Source: an uncultured Pseudomonadota bacterium | Lineage (GTDB): Bacteria > Myxococcota_A > Polyangia > Fen-1088 | Direction of reading: 5' to 3' | Assembly: GCA_963729535.1 (NCBI GenBank) | Contig: CAVSOL010000006.1 | Span: 111,418 to 175,417 of the forward strand | DNA length: 64,000 nt | In this document: positions 19,141-28,145 of the stretch, one piece after another | Layout: each line of letters starts with the position of its first letter | How positions within the stretch are numbered: the first letter of the stretch is position 1 | Translations under genes and position numbers: made by a program | Notes under the pieces: generated by a model | The model's input: only the letters and a program-made list of their open reading frames with translations | What the model was told of the DNA's origin: nothing | Databases searched by the model: none

Positions 19141-20782
19141 CTACTCGTCGAGGATCAGATCTACCCCCGTGACCAACACGCGGTACGTTCCGGTCCACGT
19201 GCCGCTCGACTGCAGCTCGAGCAGGTTGTCGCCGTCGCGCAGGTCCGCGAGGTCGACGTCGATCATCTGGTTGAGGAGGCCGGCGCTCGCGCCCGCGCCG
19301 CCGAGCGACGGGTTGAAGTCCGTGAACGCGTTCGCCTCGACGGCGCTGACGGCGCGATCGCGCCAGGCGCCTCCGTTCCAGCGCAGCCGCAGCACCATCA
19401 TCGTGGGCGGCGGAAACATCATGTTCCACTCGAACCACGGGTAGGCCGCCGCCAGGGCCACGCGCGCCCGCCGCGCGCCGCCCTTCGTGACCCCCGAAAA
19501 ATGCAGCGCCGCGGGGGGCGCCGTCTCGGTCGACGTGGGGACGAGGTACCCGACGTTGCGTCCCTCCCCGTCGTAAGTGCACGTCGTCTGCGCGCACGTC
19601 ACCCGGCCCGAGTCCTCGGGGAACGCGGGGATGACGTCGCCCTCCCATCGACACTCCGCGCCGCCCATCGTGCAGCCGGACAGGCCCCTGAACGTCGTCA
19701 AGCGAGTCGGGCGCGCTGTACTCGCGCCCACCGGCGACGACGGGCCCGTCGAACCCGATGTTGTCGAAGCGCACGCTGGCCGCCGACCCGAGCCAGTACT
19801 TCATCGTCGCGTGGTTGCGCAGCGCCAGGCTCACGTAGCCGCGCGAGAACGGCAGCGCGATGTCGCCCGCCCACAACATCTTCAGGTCGGGAAAGCTGGC
19901 GCCGTCGGCCGAGACATCGGACACCCACACCTCGATGTGCGTCTGGGTGACGTAGACCTCGACGTGGTTGAGCGCGCCGGGAGCCGTGGTGGCGTGCGGG
20001 ATCGCGCAGTCGAACGACGGGATGTACGAGGTCTGCACGTAGTCGTTGAACGTGTAGACGATCGTCTCCAGCGTCTGCGGCGTGTTGCACCAGCCCGTGC
20101 CGAACTCGATCTCGACGCCGTTGCGCGGGCCGGAGCCGCGCTCCTGCCAGTCGAAGCTGGGCGCGGGGGATGGGTCCTGGGCGATGATCAGCGCCGGCCA
20201 GCCGCCGAGGCCGTTGTTGGTCAGATCCATGTCGAGCTTGATGGTCCCCGTGCGGCCCGCGAAGTCGAACGGCTGGCGGATGCGATACGTCGCGAGGCCG
20301 TAGTTCTGCTCGGCGGCCGTCGCCAGCGCGTGACGGGTGGGAACCGTCGCGGTGGGATCGCAGACCAGCACGTCCCTGTCCGGCAGTACGCGCACGTTGG
20401 AGAGATCCGCGCGGCAGGCGCCGATCAGGGCCGGGCCAACGCGGATCGCGTCGTCGAAGCTGGCGCTGTTGTAGGGCTGCCCGCGCGCGACGCTCCAGCG
20501 CGCCGGATCGAGCTCGCCCGAGCGGCCGCCGCCCGTGGCAGGGCCGGCCTCGAAGTCCTCGCAGAACGCGGGCGCCGTGAAGCCGCAGGTGCCGGGCGAC
20601 GGGACGTAGGTGGCGTCGGGGCGGGCGAACGGGACGTCGGGCAACATGCCGGCGTCGGGCAGCGCCGGACCACCGTCGGCGGGCCCGCCCCTGCCCGCGG
20701 CGCCGTCGGCGCCGGTCTGCGCGGCGCCACCGCCACACGCCGCGAGGGCCGCGAGCGCGCCCAGCGACGCGAACCGTCTCAC
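19141..20782 (-). CDS. Secreted hypothetical protein (frame correction needed about 19700)
   Basis: GTG start overlapping the CCP stop (GTGA); signal VRRFASLGALAALAACGGG; the C-terminal about 190 aa continue in the frame of ORF 19141..19731. Confidence 0.5.
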
Positions 20783-22185
20783 GGCTCTGCCCGCAGCGCC
20801 GCCGACGGCCCGGGTCCGACGAGCGCTGCCATGAAAGCCACGAGATCGGCGCGCTCGAGCTCCGTCAGCCCCAGCGCCGCGATCTCGCTGGTGCCCGGGT
20901 AGCCGCCGACGCGATCGCCGCCGCGATCGAAGAAGGCCACCACCTGATCGAGCGCGGTCATCTGCGCCGTGTGCATGAAGCTCGGCTGCTGCGACGTGCA
21001 GCGCAGAGTCGGCGTCCGGAACGCCCCTTCGAGCGCGGGGCTCACCGCCGCGGGCAGCGCGCGGCGATCGCCGTCGCTGAACGGGCCCGCCGTGCTCAGC
21101 GGATCCGCGAGGGCGGCGGCGACGCCCTCGGCGGCGCCGCGATCGTTCACGTCGTGGATCGCGACGGCGACCACGGCCGGCGCCAGCCCCACGTTGTGGA
21201 ACTGGCCGTCGGTCAGCAGCGGGCCGCTGTGGCAAGAGACGCAGCGGCCGCGTCCGACGAACAGCGCCGCGCCGCGCTGCTCGGCGCGCGACAGCGCCGT
21301 CGCGTCGCCGTCGAGCCAGCGGTCGAAGCGGCCCGGGCCGCAGCGCAGCTGGCGCAGGTACGCGGCGATGGCCTTCGTCGCGTTGACGGCCACGGTGGTG
21401 ACCAGCGTCTGGTCGTCGGGCGTCATGCCGTCGTAGTCGGCGCCGTCGCCGGGCAGGCCGCGGCACGTGAACTTCGAGCCCATCAGCGTGATCACCTCGA
21501 CGCAGCCCGTGGTCTCGGGCGCGAGCGCGGGGAAGCGCGCGCGTCGTCGAGCGGCGGCAGCGCGCCGAAGATCGCCTCGTATTCGGCGCGGTGCTGGCGG
21601 AAGATCTGCTGCGCGACGAACAGGCGCCCCGAGTTGAACTCGCGGTTGCTCTCCATCACCCCGAGCGCCTGGTTCCACAGGGCGTCGCGCCGCCCGTCCC
21701 AGTTGAACAGCGGCGCGAAGCCGACCTCGAGCAGCGTGGGCGTGCGGCGCAGCGTCCACTGCGCCCCCAGCGAGACCTGGCGTGTGCGGGCTGCGCGTGT
21801 CGACGAAGCCCGACGCGGGCACGTGGCAGCCCGCGCACGAGATCCGCCCCGCGTCGCCGCGCATCCCCAGCGTCGCGGCGGAGCCGTCGTTGTCGCCCTC
21901 GAGCAGCCGTCCCGAGAACGACTCGTCGAAGAACAGCCGCTGCCCGAAGGCGCGCGCGGCCGGATCGTCGGCGACGCGGTTGCTCGGGTCGGCGGGCGGC
22001 GGCCCGTCGTCGTAGCGCAGCGCCGCCAGCGCGGCGCGCGCCTCGCCGGTGATCACGGGGACGGGATCGTCGCCGCCGCCGTCCGCCGGCGCGCCACCCT
22101 CCCCGCAGGCGACGACGCCCGTCAGCGCGGCGAGCGCGAGGCCGACAGCGAGCGCGCGTCCCGGCCGCTGCTCACGAGCCGCCAT
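20779..22185 (-). CDS. Di-haem cytochrome c peroxidase / MauG-family lipoprotein (two compensating frameshifts between about 21535 and about 21800)
   Basis: Two CxxCH motifs (CAGCHVPASGF, CVSCHSGPLL). Between them the protein-like frame is SLGAQWTLRRTPTLLEVGFAPLFNWDGRRDALWNQALGVMESNREF..., which is not the track frame. The start ATG overlaps the stop of the upstream gene. Confidence 0.7.
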   Translation of the reverse strand: MAAREQRPGRALAVGLALAALTGVVACGEGGAPADGGGDDPVPVITGEARAALAALRYDDGPPPADPSNRVADDPAARAFGQRLFFDESFSGRLLEGDNDGSAATLGMRGDAGRISCAGCHVPASGFVDTRSPHTPGLAGGAVDAAPHAHAARGRLRAAVQLGRAARRPVEPGARGDGEQPRVQLGAPVRRAADLPPAPRRIRGDLRRAAAARRRARFPALAPETTGCVEVITLMGSKFTCRGLPGDGADYDGMTPDDQTLVTTVAVNATKAIAAYLRQLRCGPGRFDRWLDGDATALSRAEQRGAALFVGRGRCVSCHSGPLLTDGQFHNVGLAPAVVAVAIHDVNDRGAAEGVAAALADPLSTAGPFSDGDRRALPAAVSPALEGAFRTPTLRCTSQQPSFMHTAQMTALDQVVAFFDRGGDRVGGYPGTSEIAALGLTELERADLVAFMAALVGPGPSAALRAEP

Positions 22186-24528
22186 ACCACTTCGTCCCGC
22201 AGGGCAGCACCGTCTCGTCCCACGCGGGGGCCGCGGTCGACAGGTCGATGCCGAAGTCGTCCATGTGGCGGTCGCTGTGGCAGATGCTGTAGTTGCGCTC
22301 GTACTTGTGGCCCGTGTCGACGGGGGTGACCGTCTCGTCGATGCCGCAGTGGTAGAGGACGGCGCGGTACGCGACGGTGACGTCGCCTGCCGGCATGCGC
22401 CCCGCGGGCAGCACGGCGCAGCCGAAGGCTTGCCGTCCATGAACACGTACACCCGCGAGGTCGACGCGTAGACGTCCAACTGCACGGGCCGGTCGTAGCC
22501 CGCGACGTCGCCCAGCACGGGCACAGGGGTCCACGGTTGCTTCCAGGTGGCCGTGTAGTCGCCCGCGTGGAAGCCGTAGATGTTGGCGCGGTCGCACTGC
22601 TGGCTGACGCCCCAGCCGCGCGTGTCGCAGAACTCGATCTGCGTCTCCTGATAGCCGCCGAACGGCTGCACGACGATCGACTGTCCGCCCATGGGCGGGA
22701 GATCGTCGGCGGTCCCGGCGACCTTGTCCGGCCCGACGAGATCGAACGGGAACGCGCCCAGGCGCGAATGCACGGGCACCTCGTAGACGTTCCCCGACCC
22801 CGGCGTCGGATCCGGCTTCATCGCCACGTTCGTCACCATGATCTGCGGGTAGCGCCGGCCCGTGGAGGGAACGTCCGACATCATGCGCACGTGCAGGAAG
22901 CGGTCGCCGGCGATCTTCGTCGGCACCTTGCGCGGCGTGATGCTGACGTTGCAGCTCGACCCGCCGTCGGCGAAGCCGAGCACGAACTGGCCCAGCAACG
23001 GCCCGAACGTGAAGTTCTCCGTGCAGCCGGTGGTGTCGACGGCCCAGTCCTCGTTGCGGAAGATGAAGCCGTTGTTGTCCTGATACTTCGTGAACGGGCC
23101 CCACGGGGCGCCCTCGTCGAAGGTGGCCAGGAAGTCCATCTGCGGCTTCGGCTCCGGCGTGACGTCGACGTAGGTGCGCGCCACGGGCTTGGGCCGGTTC
23201 GCCGGGTCGTGCTGGCCGTTGATGAACACCTCGCCTGACGACAGGCGCGCCTCGTCGAGCGTGATCGACGGCGCGTTGAACGGCTGCCCGCTCGTGCGGT
23301 CGATGTCGGCGTCGTGGTGCATGGCCGCGATGTAGCCGTTCGGGAACGGGCAGCCCGCGTCGAGCGCCTCGATGACGAAGCGGGTCGGCTGCTTCACGCC
23401 CGGCCAGGTCAGCGACGCCAGCGGCAGGCCGCCCTGGTGCAGCACCTGCTGGAAGCGCGCCTCGCCCGCGGCGAGCACGTCGAAGCCGCCCGAATACGAC
23501 ACCCGGCGCAGCGGGACGCTGCCCGCCTCCTGCGCGGCGAGGATCTTGAACCGCGGGCCCATGTCCGCGATCTCCGTGGCGGGCTGCGCGGCGCGCTTGT
23601 CGTACTCGGGGCCGTCGGTGAAGAAGAAGACGACGTTGTCCCCCTGCCAGTCGACGCCGGGCGCGTAGTGAATGCGGTACACGGTCTTCGTGGCCGACGC
23701 CGTCGTGTCGGGCACCGTGTAGAAGGCGATGCCGTCGTCGCGCCAGCCCTGGGCGAGCAGCGCGGCGCGCATCGCGGGGTCGGAGACGTATTCGGCGGAG
23801 TTCGCCTCGCTGTACAGCGGCACCACCCAGTCGGCGTTCATGAAGCCGCCGCCGCCGTTCGGGTTGGCCACGCGGTACACGGGCACGCGGTCGGCAGCCG
23901 GGGTGAGGAAGACGTAGCCCAGGGTCGACTCGGCCTCGGTGCGCGTGTAGCCGTGGCGGGTGTTGTCGCAGCCGGTGATCGAGCAGTCGTAGAGCGCGCC
24001 CTGGTCGGCCTTGCGGTCGCGGAACACGCGATCGCCGGCGCAGCGGTAGATCCCGTTGCGGACGCCCACCTCGCCGCCGGCGCCGATCAGCCAGTCCGCG
24101 TCCGCCGGTTCGGGATAGATGCGGTAGTCAACCGCGCCCGCGACGGGCTCGAAGTCGATGGTCACCGTGTCGGCGCGCGTCGTCACCTTGACGTTCTGGA
24201 TCACGGGCAGCTCGGGCACGCAGTTGGCGGCGCCGGCCGCGCACGGCTTGCGGCAGGCGCCGCCGCTGCACGTCAGCCCGTCGCCGCACCGCTGTCCGTC
24301 GCAATCGGTGTCCAGGCAGTCGACGAAGCCGTCGCAGTCGTCGTCAGCGCCGCCCGAACATGTGCTCTCGCTGGCCGCGACGGACATGCACCTCGGGCCC
24401 GGCGCGCCGCCGGCGCCGGTGCCGCCGCCGCCGTCCACCTGGCCCACGACGTTGTTCGCGCCACAGCCGGCGAGCAGCAGCGCCGCCAGCGCACCCAGGG
24501 TCCGGAAAACCATGCGCGTCTTCATCAC
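22172..24528 (-). CDS. Large Cys-rich secreted lipoprotein (about 785 aa; frame correction needed about 22430)
   Basis: MMKTRMVFRTLGALAALLLAGCG signal; CxGGxDDDCDGxxDCxDxDC Cys-rich N-terminal module; the C-terminal about 90 aa are in the frame of ORF 22172..23104. Confidence 0.55.
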
Positions 24529-24558
24529 GTCCGCTGTGTGTCGCGAGCCAGGGAAAAG

Positions 24559-25635
24559 TTACGGTCGTCGATCAGCCGCCGCGCCTTTCAGCAGGCGCAC
24601 CACCTCGGCGGCGTGTTTCCCCGCGGGAAAACGCCGCTGGTAAGCCTGCAGATCGGCGCGCGCCCCGTCGTCGCGACCCAGGTGGCCCAAGCTGACGGCG
24701 CGCCCGTACAGCGCCCGCTCGAGATTGCTCGCGTCGCTGGAGCCCCAGCTTTGCTGGACCGGCGTGCCCGAAGGCCCGAGCAGGCGGTTGAAATCGCCCA
24801 GCGCGTCGGCGTAACGCCCCACGCTCGCCCGCAGCTCGGCCCGGGTCAGCAGCTGCTCGGCGCCCAGACGTCCCGTGAAGTTTGCTGCGCGCTCATCGAG
24901 CAACGCGAGCGCGCCCCGGTGATCGTCGAGCTTCAGCATGGCCTCGATGCGGGCGCTGCGCGCCTCCAGCGCCAGCACGCCGCGCGGGTAGGACTTCGCA
25001 TACTGGTCGAGGAGCGCGAGCGCGCCGCGCGGATCGTGCGTCTTGCGCAGGCGCGCGAGCGCGTCCGACAGGAGCTGCGCCTCGTCCACCGGATCGGGGG
25101 CGTCGGCGGGCGGGCGACGCTCGGGCGCGATCGCCCGCCGCGATCGGTGGGTCGCGTCCCCGGCGGGCGCCGTCTCGGGCTCGGGAGCAACGTGCGCCGG
25201 CGGAGCCTCCTCCGCCGGCGCAGCCCCCTCATCAATCGCAAGCACGAGCGGCGCCGTCTCGACGCGCGGTTTGACAGCGGGCGCGGACGCCGACCTTGCG
25301 CGCGCGGCCGCGCGGCGCGGCGCTGACGCCTCGGGCGTGGGCGCGGTCGCGTCGACATAACGTTGCCACAGCAGCATCGCGCCTTTCGCCGTCGCGACCG
25401 ACGTCAGCAGCAGCGCCGTCAGCGTCGCCAGGCGCAGACCCAGCGGCAAGCCGCGCAAGCGCGACGGCCGGCGCGCGCCGCCTGCGACATCGGCGCGGAT
25501 GCGCGCCAGCGTCTCGCGCGGCAGCGCGGGTACGTCGCGCGCGGCGTCCACGAGATCGGCGGCGCGTGCGGGCAGCGCGCTTGCATCCATCGACGTGTCC
25601 CGCCAGCGCACGAGCTCGTCCTCACCGGGTCTCAT
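24559..25635 (-). CDS. Anti-sigma factor-like membrane protein with TPR-like periplasmic domain
   Basis: The ATG overlaps the ECF sigma stop (ATGA); single TM segment LATLTALLLTSVATA. Confidence 0.6.
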   Translation of the reverse strand: MRPGEDELVRWRDTSMDASALPARAADLVDAARDVPALPRETLARIRADVAGGARRPSRLRGLPLGLRLATLTALLLTSVATAKGAMLLWQRYVDATAPTPEASAPRRAAARARSASAPAVKPRVETAPLVLAIDEGAAPAEEAPPAHVAPEPETAPAGDATHRSRRAIAPERRPPADAPDPVDEAQLLSDALARLRKTHDPRGALALLDQYAKSYPRGVLALEARSARIEAMLKLDDHRGALALLDERAANFTGRLGAEQLLTRAELRASVGRYADALGDFNRLLGPSGTPVQQSWGSSDASNLERALYGRAVSLGHLGRDDGARADLQAYQRRFPAGKHAAEVVRLLKGAAADRRP

Positions 25636-26216
25636 CTCAGCTCCTTCTCCAGCTCGCAGCCGACCATGCTCTTGAGGAACGCCGCGCGCGCCCGGTGCAG
25701 CAGCACGCGGGCATTGCCGGGCCGCAGGCCCATGTGGGCCGCGACGTCGTCGACCGACATCTCTTCGAGCTCGAACAGCACCAGCGCGCGGCGGTGGCGC
25801 TCGCTCAGGCGATCGAGGGCACGGTGAAACAGCACGCGCCGCTCGCGTTTCTCCAGTTGCTCGAGCGCGCCGTCGGCGGGCGTCGGATGCGCGTCGCCCG
25901 CCCCCGGCACCAGCCGGAACCACCAGTGCCGCAACTTGCGCCGGCGACGCTCGTTGGCGGCAACCTTGGCCGTTATCCCGAACAGCCAGGTCGAAAGCCG
26001 GCCGTCGCCGCGGAAGTCTGCCAGCCGGCGGTTCACGACCAGGAAGACCTCCTGCGTGATGTCCTCGACGTCGGCGGCCGGACCGCCCAGGCGCGCCGCC
26101 CAGCGCGCGACCGTGGCGGCGTGTTCGCCGTAGACGGCCGCGAACGTCAGCGGGCCCGGCGAGCCCGAAGGCTCACCGGGGCGGGGGCGCGTGCCGCGCA
26201 TCGCCGACGGAGACAT
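25632..26216 (-). CDS. ECF sigma factor
   Basis: Region 2 DVEDITQEVFLVVNRRL and region 4 LFELEEMSVDDVAAHMGLRPGNARVLLHRAR. Confidence 0.85.
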   Translation of the reverse strand: MSPSAMRGTRPRPGEPSGSPGPLTFAAVYGEHAATVARWAARLGGPAADVEDITQEVFLVVNRRLADFRGDGRLSTWLFGITAKVAANERRRRKLRHWWFRLVPGAGDAHPTPADGALEQLEKRERRVLFHRALDRLSERHRRALVLFELEEMSVDDVAAHMGLRPGNARVLLHRARAAFLKSMVGCELEKELR

Positions 26217-26255
26217 CCGATCGTTGATTGTCGCGCAACGCGAAGACGTTTCACA

Positions 26256-27139
26256 TCACCAGACGAAATCCGCCCCCAGCGCGGCCATGGGCGCGACGCG
26301 CGGCAACGCCGAGCTGGTCGCGGCCCCTTGAATTTCCAGGGCTTGGCGGCGCGCCCACACGGCGACGGCGGCGCCGAGCCAGGGGCGCAGCCGGCCCAGG
26401 CGCGCCTCCAGCCGGGCCCGCCCCTCCCCGCCGAGATCGATGCTGCGCGTCGCGCGGTCCACCGTGAAGCCCGTGCCCGCGATCGACACGACGCCGGCAA
26501 GGGCGCCCGCGCCCAGCACCACGGCCCAGCGCCGGCCGCGGGCAACGTCGACGTCGGCGCCGACCTGGACGAACGCGCGCCACCAGGAGGCGCTGCCCGG
26601 CGGCAGATCGAGCTGGTGCCGGCCCACGCCCACGGCCGCGAACCGCGCCCGCCAGCGCGCGTCGCGGGGTCCGAGGCCCAGCTCCAGCCGAGCGCCCGGC
26701 GCCCACCCCCCGACTGAAGGTCACCGAAGACCGCCACGCCCAGCGCCAGCTCGCGCGCGGGAGACGCGGGCGCGGCGCGCGCGGCCACCACCGCGACGTC
26801 CTGCCCGGGCGGCGGCGGCTCGGGCGCCAGCCGATCCAGGCCCAGCGAGATCTCCGGGTGCAGCTGCGCCTCCCACACCGCGAGCGTCACGGCGACGGCC
26901 TTTGCCTGATCGCTGCAAGTACGCGCAGGCGGCAAGGTGCGCGCGCCGATCGGCTGGCCGCTGGTGTCTGCAAGCGACAGCGCCAGCGATCCGTCGGGGG
27001 CGCGCGCGATCGTCGCCACGTCGCGCGCCGCCACCGCGTCACCCAGCAGCGGCCTCAGGTGCCGTTCGACGTCGACCGCGCCCGGACAGTCGCCCGTCGC
27101 CTGGATCTTGATGGCGACGAGCAGCCACGCGACGAGCAC
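26256..27139 (-). CDS. Hypothetical protein upstream of the ECF sigma gene (frameshift at a C6 homopolymer about 26704)
   Basis: N-terminal 150 aa in ORF 26147..27139; the continuation is in ORF 26256..26633. Confidence 0.4.
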
Positions 27140-27329
27140 GATGCGATGATATCAGCGCGCGCGTGCTCACATTCAGCCCGCGAAGGTCTTCTTTATCTCG
27201 GGATTCCATCTTTCTCCGACGAAGACCAGCGCGACTCACCCGCGTTCGGTGGCGCAACGGCGTTGCGCCACAACTGTCATCGCCCGCGCACCATCGTCGG
27301 TGTCGACCCGACGATTTCGCCGGATCGGA

Positions 27330-27883
27330 TGGCACGTGCTGCTGACGACGGCGTGCGTCCGGCCGAAGATCCCGCGGCGGTCATCACGAATGTCTGGACC
27401 CTGACATCTCAGTCGGCCGAGCAGTACGCCGCGCGCAACCACTTCGATCTGAAGCTCGCCAGGACCTACGTCGCGATCGCCGATGCCCGCGTCCGTGGCT
27501 ACGTCACGCTGACGGGTGGCGCGCTGCGCGGCGTGGAGCTGCCGGGAGACGATGCCCTCGGCTTTCCCGGGTATCCCCTGCCGGTCGTCGTCCTCGCGCG
27601 CCTGGCCGTGTCCGCGGACCTTCAGCGGGGAGGCGTCGGCCAGTAACTGATGCTGTTCACGTTCGAGACAGCCATCGAGCAATCGGAACGGATCGGCTGC
27701 ATCGGCGTCGCCGTCGACTCGAAGGCCGACGCTGTCGGCTACTACGAGCGTTTCGGCTTCAAGCGATTCGATCGCACCGGTCCCCGGTCGGACATCGTCC
27801 CGATGTTCCTGGGCCTCAGGAGGGCGATGACCTCTTCTTGCGCCTCTTCGGTAGGCCGGATTTGGTCTGGGGTTTCGGCGTAG
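27330..27883 (+). pseudogene. GNAT-family toxin (TacT/ItaT-like aminoacyl-tRNA acetyltransferase) interrupted by an in-frame TAA at 27644-27646
   Basis: ...YPLPVVVLARLAVSADLQRGGVGQ*LMLFTFETAIEQSERIGCIGVAVDSKADAVGYYERFGFKRFD; both halves are in the same frame; no DUF1778-like antitoxin is recognisable upstream. Confidence 0.6.
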
Positions 27884-27984
27884 GTGCCGGTGAGTCTGGT
27901 CGGGATGCGACGTTCTCGCGCGAGGCATCTGCTCCCTGGGCGGTGCGGGCACGCATCTTGGCTAGGAACATTTCCTTAGTCGGA

Positions 27985-28090
27985 AGGTGATGTGAAGAAG
28001 AACGAGTAGTTACAACCAGCAATCGTTCCCTCGACGAGCGAAACGTCAGCGATTCACAAGACTTGCGTCGGGAACGATTGGGGCGTTTGT
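27985..28090 (+). repeat. MITE-like inverted-repeat element, copy 1 (TIR AATCGTTCCC / GGGAACGATT)
   Basis: GTGAAGAAGAACGAGTAGTT...CAATCGTTCCCTCGA..AGCGAAACGTCAGC...GGGAACGATT; a second copy lies at 38880-38975; low-GC context. Confidence 0.45.
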
Positions 28091-28145
28091 AGTCCGACCT
28101 GGCGGTTGCTTCAAATCGGCGCTCTCAATCTCTCCTTCTCAGCGG

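Noticed and set aside
17663-19444. 593-aa plus-strand ORF
   Set aside because: Antisense of the BNR lipoprotein gene and its upstream gene; Arg/Gly/Ala-rich junk.
20971-22329. 452-aa plus-strand ORF and other long plus ORFs 23314..25326 and 19577..20902
   Set aside because: All are Arg/Ala-rich antisense readings of the minus-strand secreted-protein operon.
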